64,000 bases of DNA from Macrostomum lignano (Eukaryota). The notes beneath the pieces are model-generated. The model was given only the letters and a program-made list of their open reading frames with translations. It did no database searches and was not told where the DNA came from. Of the stretch, positions 48,890-60,873 are shown piece after piece. Position numbers and translations under genes: made by a program. Within the stretch, counting starts at the first letter, position 1. Every line of letters begins with the position of its first letter. Location: the NCBI GenBank assembly GCA_002269645.1, contig NIVC01000590.1, forward strand, positions 60,531-124,530, written 5' to 3'.

Positions 48890-48960
48890 GTTACTAATTT
48901 TAAGAGCCTGACGATGCCTGACGCGAGGCGAAACATGTCGCATAAAAAATGATAGCGCTC
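48890..48960 (+). ncRNA. Type I hammerhead ribozyme (minimal, Penelope-type) with intact core
   Basis: CTGACGA (48908-48914), extra T, helix II GCCT/AGGC with 6-nt loop, GAAA, palindromic helix III ACATGT, cleavage triplet GTC (predicted cut after 48939). Helix I is weak with an internal loop. Confidence 0.75.
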
Positions 48961-49329
48961 ACCTTGTTAATTCTACTTTTGAATAAAAAAGATTTACACT
49001 CAGCTTCGAACCCAGGTCGCCGCACTAGCAGTTTAGTCTGTTCACATACAGCTATATCTCATCGAATTTAATAAATAAATAGTAGCACCTATAATTTAAC
49101 ACTCACACCAAGTCGATTAGAGTAAGTCACATGAAGCAGTTATGACATAATCAATTTCTCAGGCAAGTCAGTACGAGGTATCAGTCTCATTTGTAGCTAA
49201 AAATATGGTTACGCAGTTCTAGTAAGGGTCTGAGAATGGGTCGGTAGGATACCAGGTGGCGATTTTGCCCCAACTGAAACTGCTTTAAAACTTCGAGCTT
49301 GCACTAAAACAATCGTTTGAAAATCGCAG

Positions 49330-49953
49330 AGGACGGCAAGACGCTGCTGTTCACTATTCGGAGCAACATCGGCGAGGACCCGCAGAAGGCGTTCGTCACC
49401 CGGGGCAACGGCAACCGGCCAGCCCCGTCGCCCAGTGAGCCGCTGCCGGCCGTCTACCGGTCCGACCTGCTCGACGAGCTGCCCGACACTGTCCGCCGTC
49501 TAGACAAAACCTACATGGTCGCCGAGATGCGCGTCGACAGGGCCGTCGTGATGCGCGTCGTCTTTGATGTCGGCGACTACCCGGACAGCATAGACCAGTT
49601 CAACTGGTTCTCGCCGTCCCGCCTGATCGGCGCCTGGCCCTACCGCCTTGACGACGTGGCCAAGTTTAGCGCCTTCTCCATCGAGGGTGACGCAAACAAG
49701 GAGCGCAGGTTCTTCATAGCAACGAGCTTCGACGGCTGCAATGGTGACCGCGGCTTCTGGGTCGTGTCCGGCGCCAGAGATCCATGTGGCTGGGGCCGCA
49801 ATGGCTGGAAGGGCCTCGCACCGGCGCTGATCTACAATAGATTTAAGGACCGCACGCTGCAACAGGGCGCCGCGTATGCCGACCAGTTTCTGGTGTACCT
49901 CACCGACACTGTGGACGAGTTTCGAGCCGAGTTCAGGAAGCCCTTCTTCCACG
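49330..49953 (+). CDS. Gene 2, type-F domain exon (624 nt, phase 1-1), first recognisable exon
   Basis: Acceptor ATCGCAG|AG, donor G|GTGAGC. Open frame DGKTLLFTIRSNIG...EFRKPFFH. Confidence 0.85.
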
Positions 49954-50032
49954 GTGAGCACTTTACTGAAACTATTAACATTATCGAATAACTAAGGCAA
50001 TTATAGTTGAAAGTCGCCCTGATCTGCTACAG

Positions 50033-50644
50033 CGGAAAGAAAACAGCTTCTGTACACGATCAAGGCCAACATCCACAAGAGCGCGCTGGAAACGTTCAGG
50101 CAGCAACAAAACTATCGCGCGCCAATCGACGATAATTTGCCGATTTTGTACCGGTCCGACCTGCTGGACGATCTGTCGCGGACCGTAAAAGACTCGGGCA
50201 TGACCCAGATGGTGATGGAGCTCGTCAAGGACCACTCAGTGGTGGCTCAGTTGGTTTTCAATGTGACTAAGGATGTCGACAGTCTGACCTTAGACAACTG
50301 GTTCTCGCTAGAACGGCTGGAGTCCTCCTATCCCTACCTGGTGGACAAGACCAAGTTCAACTACTTCTCTTTGGATGGAGACGTGGGCGAGCAGCGGCGG
50401 TTTTACATCAGCTACAACTATGGAGGCTGTCATGTTGACGCCGGGTTCATCGCTATCTCAGATGCCAGAGACAGTTGCAACTGGGCCAACCGCAACTGGC
50501 GCGGCTCCCCGCCGTTGCTGCTGTACAACCGGCTGCAGAACAAGCCGTTCCATGCTGGCGTCGACACGGCCGAACGGATGCTTGTGTACCTCACGCACGA
50601 GGTCGAGGACAGACGATGGAAGTTCAGGCAACCGTTCATTGTTG
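50033..50644 (+). CDS. Gene 2, type-G domain exon (612 nt, phase 1-1)
   Basis: Follows a 79-nt intron. Acceptor CTACAG|CG, donor G|GTGCGT. Open frame ERKQLLYTIKANIH...KFRQPFIV. Confidence 0.85.
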
Positions 50645-51039
50645 GTGCGTGCGAACATTTTTGCAAAAGCATTGTGCAAGTATATTACTTTGGGCACTTA
50701 TACTTAGGGAAGTTAAACGAAGCAGTAAATAAGAAATCTTAATTCTAATGCCCTAATAGCTGCGAGTCATAGTCAAAGACCGGTTCAAATTGCCGCAAGA
50801 AGTTCCAAAGGTTAGATATCATTCAAATACTGAAGTAAGTTTAAAAATGGATCTGAACCAGCTGTACATTGATTTAAGCCATCTTTGACGTGTAGAGCTA
50901 TTAGTGGTAATGTGAACCGGCCTTTAAGAAGCTAGAGGTTCATGTATTGAGAAAACGAACGCCAGAGTTATACAGCATCTTTGATTGTGTTAGCAACTTT
51001 TTGGCACGAACCATTTAATCTATTTCTATTGGCTTTCAG

Positions 51040-51654
51040 ACGGAGACAAGCAAATCCTGTACACAATCACGCCTAACATTGGGAAAGAAGCAGTGGACAC
51101 ATTCAAGCATCAGCAGGACTACCCGATTCCATCCGATCGCTCCCTGCCCCCAATTTACCGGTCGGACCTGCTGGACCAGATGGATAAAACCGTGAGGCGT
51201 TCAGGTCGTAGCAAGATGGTTGCAGAGATGCGCAAAAACAACGCAGTGGTAGCGAGACTTGTATTTGACGTTGCAACTGACACGGATTCGCTTACCTTAC
51301 TCAATTGGTTCTCAAGAGATAGACTCGTCGCAGCGTACCCTTATCAGATTTCCAAGAAAATTCATCTGAACTACTTTAGCGTGGATGGTGACACATCCTT
51401 AAAGCGAGGATTCTCTGTAACGGACACGGGAAAGGGATGTGACAACGATTTAGGATTCTGGATTGTCACAGACAGGAAGGATCCTTGCAACTGGGGATCA
51501 CAGGGCTGGAAGGGAGCCGCGCCAGTGTTGCTATACAACAGATTCCGAACGGCGCCATTTCGCACCGGGGTGGACTATGCGGACCGCTTCGTGGTCTACT
51601 TGACAAACCACGTGGACGAACTGCGCCCAGAGTTCACAAAAGCGGTCCTGTTTG
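51040..51654 (+). CDS. Gene 2, type-E domain exon (615 nt, phase 1-1)
   Basis: Acceptor TTTCAG|AC, donor G|GTAAGA. Open frame. Confidence 0.88.
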
Positions 51655-51781
51655 GTAAGACATTTGATCAAAAGAATTTATGGAAAAATTCAGTAGTGAA
51701 ATACACAATCAAACACAAATAGCCATTGGCTGCTTAGCACTAAGAAATACAATAACAAAAACTCAAATATAAACATTTCAG

Positions 51782-52387
51782 AAAAAGGCAAGCAGTTGTT
51801 GTTCACTATTGTTCCGAACGTGCAGTTGAAGGCTCTGGAGACATTCAAACATCAACAAAACTACAAAATGCCTGCCGATGGGTCTCTGCCTCCGGTCTAC
51901 AGATCCGATCTCATCGACGAGCTGCCTCGAGCTGTGAGACAGTCGGGAATGACCAAGATGGTCGTCGAGATGCGCAAAGACAATAAAGTCGTCTCTCAAG
52001 TGGCATTCGATGTTTCCACCGACACAGAGAAGCTCGACAAAGAGAACTGGTTCTCGCTGTTAAGACTGTACTCATCTTACCCTTATCCAATTAGTCGGAA
52101 AGAGTTCAACTACTTTTCTTTGGAAGGGGATGCTAGCCGAAAATTCTACATCAGCAACCACTATGGAGGTTGCACCAGAGATTCAGGCTTCATCATGGTG
52201 TCTGACTCGCGCGGCAGCTGCGACTGGGTAACTCGAGGCTGGCGAGGCTCTCCTCCGAGTCTGGCCTACAACCGAGAGCAGGGTCGATCGTTCCACGAAA
52301 GCGTGGGCTACGCGGACAGGCTAATAATTTATCTTGCGAAAGAGGTACTGGATCCACGGGCCGAGTTTAAGAAGCCGCTCATTGTTG
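51782..52387 (+). CDS. Gene 2, type-B domain exon (606 nt, phase 1-1)
   Basis: Acceptor TTTCAG|AA, donor G|GTACGA. Open frame. Confidence 0.88.
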
Positions 52388-52661
52388 GTACGATATACTT
52401 TATGCCAATATTTTGCTCTAAATGCTCGTAAATCCAGTGCATGTGATCAAAAGCAGTGTATGGTTAGTCGTAATTGAATTGACCCGCTTAGTTAAGTTAA
52501 GTTTGAGTTACTTCTTTATGACGCATAGGAGAGTACTGGTAAAAAACAGATCACTAATTTTAGGATTCTACCTGTAAACGTCTCAACTTTGGAGCTTCAG
52601 AAAAAAAAACATCAATGTAACCAACGTTGATGGCGAATTTTTAAATATCTAATAATTGCAG

Positions 52662-53276
52662 ATGGCAACAAGCAAGTGCTGTTCACGATCAAATCCAATA
52701 TCAACACCGAGGCCTTGTCTGCGTACTCTGTCCAGCAGAACTACAAGGCTCCGACTGACGGGTCTCTGCCTCCTGTCTACAGATCTGACCTGCTCGATCA
52801 ACTCGCCCTCACTGTGAAGCAATCAGGAAAGACAAATATTGTCGCTGAGATGGAGAAGGACGATCGCGTGGGTGCTCGGATGGTGTTTGACTTGTCAGAG
52901 AAGACCGACGAGATCACACTGATGAACTGGTTCTCGCGCTCTCGACTCGTCTCGTCGTATCCATTCAATATCGATCCGAAACAAAGCATGAACTACTTTA
53001 GTATTAACGGGGACGCCCCTTTGAAACGTCGCTTTTTGGCCTCATTTTCTTACGGTAGTTGTGTCAATGATCGAGGTTTCTGGATGGTGTCCGACAAACG
53101 CGATGGGTGCACCTGGGCCAACGAAGGCTGGAAGGGCTCGGCTCCAGTGCTGGCGTACAACAGATACCGAACTGCCACCTTAAGGAGCGGAGTGGACTAT
53201 GCTGATCGGTTCACAATCTACCTGACGGACTTGGTGACGGAACTGCGAGAGGAGTTCAATCGGACGGTCATGTTTG
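52662..53276 (+). CDS. Gene 2, type-A' domain exon (615 nt, phase 1-1)
   Basis: Acceptor ATTGCAG|AT, donor G|GTACGA. Open frame. Confidence 0.88.
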
Positions 53277-53594
53277 GTACGAGATCTCAAACTAGCTCGT
53301 ATCTCGTAACACTTTATAAACGGAAATCCCGTTTTTTTGAGCTCTATATCTCTTTTAGTATCTAGACAAAATTTCAAGGCGTTTACAAAGTAGATATTCA
53401 CATGAAAAATTGAGGTCAGACCGTATCAGTCATGCGCATTAAATGCGTTAACGTAGAATTTATATCACAATTGTAACTGAAAATTGCGGTTAAATATGCA
53501 ATGATAAGGGTGGTTAGGAGGCAGAGACAAAAATCAAATTACAACGTCGGGCAAGATCTTTGTAATGATTATTTGTCATGTTCTTCTGTTGCAG

Positions 53595-54209
53595 AAAAAG
53601 ACAAGCAGCTGTTGTTCACCATCATCCCGAACGTGCACTTGGAGGCTCTGGAGACATTTGAGCATCAACAAAACTACAAAATGCCCGCCAACGGATCTCT
53701 GCCTCCGGTCTACAGATCCGATCTCATCGACGAGCTTCCTCGAGCTGTGAGGCAGTCGGGAATGACCAAGATGGTCGTCGAGATGCGCAAAGACGACAAT
53801 CAAGTCGTCTCCCAAGTGGTGTTCGATGTTTCCACCGACACAGAGAAGCTCGACAAAGAGAACTGGTTCTCGGAGCTGAGACTTGAGTCGTCTTATCCGT
53901 ACTCGGTCGATCGGAAAGAGTTTAACTACTTTTCTCTGGAAGGCGAGAGAAGCTCGAAGCGACGCTTCTACATCAACAACTGGCACCACGGATGCCACCG
54001 AGAGACGGGCTTCATTGTTGTGTCGGACGCGCGCGGTCACTGCGACTACGTGACTCGAGGCTGGAGGGGATCTGCTCCGACCTTGATTTACAGTCGACTA
54101 CCTGGAAAGCCGTTCGAAGAGAGCGCAGGATACGCTGACAGGCTACTGATTTACCTTGCGAAGGAAGTTCCGGACCTCAGGGCCGAGTTCAAGAAGCCAC
54201 TCATTATCG
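53595..54209 (+). CDS. Gene 2, type-C domain exon (615 nt, phase 1-1)
   Basis: Acceptor GTTGCAG|AA, donor G|GTAAGC. Near-identical to 3268-3882. Confidence 0.88.
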
Positions 54210-55852
54210 GTAAGCTAATAGTTGAAGCATGTATGTATCATTAGTTCAGACAAATCTCTTTATTTATTCTTCTAAGTCAGTTTTTACTGAATAGAATTTT
54301 AGGAAAAGGAATGCTAAAACGAACATTCACACTGTTTCCTTCTTCTTTTTTTCTTCAATCAAATTTTCATTTTATTTATGTTTGTGTGACATTTTTTGCC
54401 GAACCATCGGAATCAAAGGCAATTACACAGAAAGATGGTAAAATCATTTTAATTAAGTCAACATGATGCAACAAAGCAGGTATGGGCAAAAAAATAGATA
54501 TTAAGTTAGAGAGGCAAGCACTGGTCAAAACAGCCTTAAATGTACACTCGCCCCTTACCACGGAGTTGGATATGAACATGATTAAAAACGCAATTTGATT
54601 GGAGAAAAATAAAAAAGAAAAGCATGCGAATGCTCGTTTTGCATTCATTTCCTAAAATTCCTAAAACGGTTTACCCTACCTCGACTCTTACTGAATAGAA
54701 ACTTTGTTAATTATCTTACGAGCTCGTAAGCTTGAAGCGTAGCCAATTCTGCGAGGTTTGTGAATTTTAAATATTAAGCCATTAACCGTCTTATCTTGGA
54801 GCTACCTTTACGATTGTATGAGAATATGAAGGATAACTACAAATTTTACAATTCTACTATCTCTAGATATGATAGCTCTTTTAATTTTGAACCCATTGAC
54901 TTATGAGCGTTCGACAGTATGGCGAAAGCTGATTGTTTTGAAAAATATAGCATATTACCGACTTTATCTTAGAACATCTGAGAGTCAGGGGACGCCTTTG
55001 TAGGGTTCCTTGTTTCCTTGCTGTTTCGGAATTGAAATTGTCTTCGGTAGTTCTCGTGTCACTCGTCTGAACAACTCACGCGCTAAATTAGTCGACTGGG
55101 GCCTGATGGTTTATTTTGTAGTTGATTGTAGTTGAATGTAAAGCCGGCATGTAGATCTGTCGATGCGAGCTGGCACAGGACCAATAGGATTCAGATTTAA
55201 GTTGCAACAAGTGTCTCGCAATCTGATGCGTAGTTCGTAAAATTGGTCTTGACGCCAAACAGTTTAGTAAGAATTTTGTTATTTTTATTGGCTATTGACT
55301 TCTGAAAGCCTTCTCCTCGAAGATAGTGCCTTTTAAAAAGGGTCAGTTTAAGAAATCATACTTGCTTTAGGTTTTACGTATCTTAGTAACTTCGATTCAC
55401 TGGACAGGCCCTTACGACAAAGCAATTAAGCTCGGGGATAATGTGCTGCAAGGAAGAAAGAGAACACAATAAAGGAGTTAGAAATATAAGGACTTAAGTG
55501 CCCGCATGCAGTGGACAGCTGGGGGTGTTTTACGAACCAAATTCAATCCTAACATCAAACTTAGGATTGAGTTTAGGATAGACGTGTTCTATGAAGATAA
55601 AAGTCGATCTTAGCTGGGATCCAACTTAGGTCTGACCTAAGGGAAGATAAGATTGGTGCGTTTTATCAAGAGAGACTGTCTATGACCAAAACTGTCATGG
55701 TCGGTCTTAACTTTAGGACACATCTAGAGTTGTCCTAAGTTTCAAGTCGCTATCTGAAAAGCAAGAGCCGATCTTTTGAAATAAAATGTTTGCCGTTTTA
55801 ATTGCTCGTCGTGCGACCGAGAGACAAAGGAATGTGATTTGCAATGGTAGAT

Positions 55853-55950
55853 TGTATAGTATGCAACTGAGTTGAATAATGGCCAAAACTCGAGTGCGCG
55901 TAGCGCACGAGTGTCTATGGCCATTATTCAACGAAGTTGCATACTATACA
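55853..55950. repeat. 98-bp palindrome with GAGTGCGCGTAGCGCACGAG core
   Basis: Arms 55853-55885 and 55918-55950 are complementary apart from a 3-nt block. Confidence 0.85.
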
Positions 55951-56934
55951 AGTGCATTGTATTTATACTTTCACTCAGCGCCCAGTCATTATTCCACACT
56001 TTTGCGGCCATTATTCCACACTTTTGTTGCTGTCATTATTCCACACTTTTTATCATGCTTCAATTGGCTGTTTTAAGAGTTGTTTTACCCATAGACGACT
56101 GAGTTGTGTGGCTTAGTTTGACCTAGTTTGATTGTGTGGCTTAGTGTGGCTTGCGTCTTGCAAGAAATCAGGAAAGCGAGTAGTGGGAGAAAAAGCTATT
56201 TGTCTTGTCAAACAACTATGGCTATAGTGCATCTCGTCAAACAGCCGCGCTTATTAATTGAAAAAAATCTTCCTGTCGACGACTGAACGAACCGTGCGGC
56301 GCTACCTAGGAAGAAAACGCGACCATGCAGTCTTCAACGCCTCGACGGCTATAAACGATGCCTGAAAGCGGCCAATCGATTCAGTCGAGCAGCCGACAGT
56401 CCCAAAGAATCCCAGCTTGGATACTGCGGTACCAAAGAAGCTCATCAGACGAAGCTCATCAGTCGCATGCCAACTTAACCAAGACGTGCATCTTTCAAAT
56501 GGTAAGTTCGGCAACTATACTTGAGCACCTGTATTTCTCTTTCATAGAAAACATTCAACATAGACCAACTCCTTTTGCAGTGCCAAATCATCAGGCTAAA
56601 GTGTCGAGCATCTTTGGAAACTGCGGCTTTGAGAACTGTGCATGTTTCACTTTGGGTGACAAATTGATTTTTACATTGTCAAATTTCGACTACAAACTGA
56701 TAAACTGCACTAGCTGTGACATTTATTATTAACTCTTTTCGTGTAGCTGGTACTTTAGTTTTAATGATTTTTCCTTTTTGTTCATTTACCTCTTGTTGTT
56801 CTGTATTTATTAACAAAAATACTGAGCGATGGATTTTTTCAATCCAAATGTCTATGGTACACATCAAAACTGTGGAATAATGGCCAAAATATTTTTTCAT
56901 TGCGTCTGGGTAAAAGTATAATTACAATGGTAGA

Positions 56935-57033
56935 TTGCGTAGTAGGTAAGGGGCTGAAATAATGGCCAAACACGAGTGCGCGTAGCGCACGAGTGTCTAT
57001 GGCCATTATTTCAGCCCCTTACCTACTACGCAA
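56935..57033. repeat. 99-bp palindrome, same core, different outer arms
   Basis: Arms of about 34 bp (56935-56968 and 57000-57033) are complementary. Confidence 0.85.
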
Positions 57034-58021
57034 CGTCATTGTCTATAAGACACAGCCTGGCCATTATTTTAGCGTGCCGGAAGCGGTCATTATTTCAGGG
57101 TAAGAGTCTGCGTGCGTGCGACTGCGTAAAGAGGGCGGTGGTTGGGCCATAGACTATAAATAAAAAAGCTGTTGGGCCATAGACTATAAATGAATAAGCT
57201 GATGATAGGCTTGAGCTGACGAGAAGTAGCTGGAATAATGGCCAGTTGAGTTTGTCATTACGCCAGGCTGTGTCTTCTGGACAATGCAAAATAAAATCAA
57301 TGACCAAGAAGTACTATAAGCTGTGACCGTGTCTCTGCTGGCTAACATAAGGAAATAACATAAAACGGCTAAAGTTTCTCGCCACGCGGAATTAGTCTAT
57401 GGTCAACCCTATCTTAAACTTTCTCGTCCAAAACCAAAGCTCGACCTTAGCTAAGATCGAGGTTAGAAGTGACTCCTAAGTGTTTGTAAAACGCATTTAC
57501 GGCTCAGTCCTAAGTTCGAGCCTAAGTTGGAACTTAGGACTCAGTCTTAAGAAGCAGTTCGTGAAACACCCCCTTAAATATCGTAAAACAGTCCTTAAAT
57601 ATCACTGACTGATTATTTTTACGGCGTTAAATTTTACTCTACGCTAGTCCCGAAAGTGTTTGCACAAACTAAACAGTTACATTTTTGACGCCAAGAAAAA
57701 GTCAGCTTACTCGTAGGCCTTACACAAACTGCAATAGCTTCAGCTACTCGGATCCAAATAAATGAACTTAAAATAAAACAATCCAAAATTAAACAGAAAA
57801 ACAGAGAAGGCTTACCATTCGCACAATCAGTTACTTTACGAATACTTAATAAAGTGCTAACGAAGTTACTTCTTAATGACGCATAGGAGAGTACTGGTAA
57901 AAAACAGATCACTAATTTTAGGATTCTACCTGTAAACGTCTCAACTTTGGAGCTTCAGAAAAAAACAAACATCAATGTAACCAACGTTGATGGCGAATTT
58001 TTAAATATCTAATAATTGCAG

Positions 58022-58636
58022 ATGGCAACAAGCAAGTGCTGTTCACGATCAAATCCAATATCAACACCGAGGCCTTGTCTGCGTACTCTGTCCAGCAGAA
58101 CTACAAGGCTCCGACTGACGGGTCTCTGCCTCCTGTCTACAGATCTGACCTGCTCGATCAACTCGCCCTCACTGTGAAGCAATCAGGAAAGACAAATATT
58201 GTCGCTGAGATGGAGAAGGACGATCGCGTGGGCGCTCGGATGGTGTTTGACTTGTCAGAGAAGACCGACGAGATCACACTGATGAACTGGTTCTCGCGCT
58301 CTCGACTCGTCTCGTCGTATCCATTCAATATCGATCCGAAACAAAGCATGAACTACTTTAGTATTAACGGGGACGCCCCTTTGAAACGGCGCTTTTTGGC
58401 CTCATTTTCTTACGGTAGTTGTGTCAATGATCGAGGTTTCTGGATGGTGTCCGACAAACGCGATGGGTGCACCTGGGCCAACGAAGGCTGGAAGGGCTCG
58501 GCTCCAGTGCTGGCGTACAACAGATACCGAACTGCCACCTTAAGGAGCGGAGTGGACTATGCTGATCGGTTCACAATCTACCTGACGGACTCGGTGACGG
58601 AACTGCGAGAGGAGTTCAATCGGACAGTCATGTTTG
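58022..58636 (+). CDS. Gene 2, type-A' domain exon (615 nt, phase 1-1)
   Basis: Acceptor ATTGCAG|AT, donor G|GTAAGT. Nearly identical to 52662-53276, including about 165 nt of upstream intron. Confidence 0.88.
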
Positions 58637-58649
58637 GTAAGTGTGTTAT

Positions 58650-59075
58650 TTAAAGCAAAGTTAGTATTTGTTGCCTTTATGCTGATTGGTTGTTCCTGTT
58701 GTTCGGTGTGGTCTTGAAGTTCGGCAATCTTGAGGGAGACCTCACCGGCGTTCCATTGGAGAAACCGAATTGACTCCTGGCGCTCGATGGTGCGGAAGCA
58801 GACGGAGCGGTTGGCGTGCTCCGGGGTCACCTCCGGGTGGCACGGGGGTGATGCAATGCATGCTGCTAAAGGCATTCTGTGTTGCAACAGTTCTTTTGAG
58901 GCCGGTGTACACTTTGTGGCAATAGTCGACCCAGCGGTTGCAAGGGATCAGCGGATGACGGCGCGGACTTTGTGGCTTCAGCCCCCGCAACAGGCCATGT
59001 TCGGATCCCGGGTCGCAGCAGTTTTCACCCAGGGCGCCAGCGCGACGGCCGGCGATCGACTTGACAGGGTCCGGT
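58650..59075 (-). mobile_element. Paralog of the LINE fragment at 5800-6190
   Basis: Collinear similarity to the gene 1 intron; SIRFLQWNAGEVSLKIAELQ marks the APE start. Confidence 0.6.
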
Positions 59076-59089
59076 ATCGCCAATTCTGT

Positions 59090-59913
59090 CAATCCCGGGA
59101 TTGTCGGGATCGGGATATCCCGGGATTAGTATTTGTAATCTCGGGATCCCGGGATTTAATCCCAGAATTCGGCCAATCCCGGTATTCACTCCCGGGATCA
59201 GAACTATACAGATTTTTTTAAGCTTCTGGGTTGAAATTTTAAGTCAAAATATGCGCTAAGCGTTTTTTGCTTCCGTTTTGACTGTTATAGAGTTAATGAT
59301 CTGTTTGTAGATAAAAACAGCATTATCTTGTGACGTATTTGAGTAAGTAGTATAAAAGTACTAATTAGTAGTAAAGAAGCAAATCAAGTATCAAAATTTA
59401 ATTGGAATAAGCTTCACATTTAAATCTGATGTGGGGTTTAAAAAGGTGCCACGCGACGTGAGGCAATTAACGGAAATTAGCGCAGTATAATAACATACTT
59501 GTGGGCCCAATTATGTTCATATTAGAACACTTTATGTAAAAACAATAACAAAAATTTGTCGCCGGATTCGGGACCTCAAATTTCATACAAAACAGTTTTG
59601 AATTCATTCCTAGAAAACAATTTTACGATTCACACATTTCATTATTCGGATGACTTAACGATATTCTAAAAAATTGCATGGTAAAGTGAAGTGGAACTGA
59701 AAAGTACATGATGAAAATTTAAAATTGAAAGCGTCTGTTCCATCTTATCAATCCCGAAAATCCCGGGATTCACAGATTTTAATCCCGGGATCCGAATTCC
59801 AGCCATGGATAATCCCGGGATATCAATCCCGGTAAATCGCGACAAATTTTAATCCTGGGATTCAAATCCCGGAATTTGGCTCCTAATCCCGGGATCCCGG
59901 GATTGCAAACCCT
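59090..59913. mobile_element. Non-autonomous DNA element with ATCCCGGGAT subterminal repeats (hAT-like), left end truncated
   Basis: Clusters of palindromic (AT)CCCGGG(AT) at both ends. The right terminus reads TAGGGTTTGCAATCCCGGG on the minus strand. Confidence 0.5.
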
Positions 59914-60151
59914 AGTAGCAGGAAACGCGGCACACTGGCTGCCTCTAGCATGTAGATGCAGAGCTTGCCTTGGATAGCCGTCTGAAATCCAGCTGGCTTG
60001 GTTGCTTCCAGCTCCAACTTGCCCTGAATCTCCTGAAACCGAAAGTCTGTCTCAGCAATGAAGTCAGCTTCCAGAAAGACTCCAATTCCAGGTCTCTCTC
60101 CATGCGCTCAGACAATGCCACTGTGGTTGCTCGCGGTGCCTTCTTATCAAA

Positions 60152-60452
60152 TCACAAGTAGATGGGAGCGTTCCGCCGATTCAGGAAGATGGAGGGAACT
60201 GCTCCAGGCTTCAGACACCTCCTTGATAGCGACTCGTTTCTCTTATTGCATGTGACGTTGGTATCCGCGAATGAAGTCATTAGAATAAAAATCGCGAGAG
60301 CAAATCTTGGAGAACTTCGCCAGCTCAAAGTATTCTCGTGCTTCCTTCCATTTCTCAAGAGCAGCATCTTGGAGAGGCTGGCTGTGGAAGCTCACTCCAG
60401 ATTCCGGGGTTTTTCGAGTTGAGCATCTGTAGGCTGAATATGCATGCAGCAT
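60152..60452 (-). pseudogene. THAP zinc-finger remnant (frameshifted), probably from a DNA transposon
   Basis: M...SAYRCS...SGVSFHSQPL.D...KW...SKICS..F...DF, then in another frame LKPGAVPSIF, the THAP AVPTIF-type box. Confidence 0.7.
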
Positions 60453-60873
60453 TTAAAGCTTGTACTGAAACAGGCTCTTGGAAATGATAGCAGTGTGGAT
60501 TTTTGATTTAATGGCAAACCTGCACAGTTCAAGGCATCATATACTCTTTGTCAGTGCTTGGCAGAGAAGCAAGGAGGAACTGGGGGTTAGGAGGGTGACT
60601 AATTTCTTAAAATGTACATACAACGAGCAACGTATCAGTGTCCTGAGCTTGGTGCCCATCTTGGTGTACATCTCTATTCGTTTGTCTGTTTCCCTGCTCT
60701 TCCCCCCAGTCCCCTATCCCCAGTGCCCCAACTCGAAAGAACTAGTTTTTTAGCTTTGTTATCGAAATTTCTACCTTGCCACACTAGCGTAAAATGGGGG
60801 AGCGTTTTATTCTAGCTTCCAGTCCAGTGGTGCCAGCTCTAGAAGTCCCTGATCTGCCCCTCCGAAAGCCAGC

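Larger units (their letters stand above)
24738..48978 (-). mobile_element. 5'-truncated Penelope-like element with inverted pLTRs (about 1.5 kb own sequence), split by the Helitron array
   Basis: PLE RT C-terminus plus GIY-YIG domain. pLTR at 24738-25030 (minus) and an inverted pLTR at 25940-26135 plus 48888-48978. Duplication TTGAATAAAAAA at 24726-24737 and 48979-48990. Confidence 0.85.
55521..57573. mobile_element. Non-autonomous DNA transposon (Harbinger-like TIRs) with nested inserts
   Basis: GGGGGTGTTTTACGAAC at 55521 and GTTCGTGAAACACCCCC ending at 57573, with CTTAG/CTAAG-rich subterminal regions. No matching TSD seen. Confidence 0.55.
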
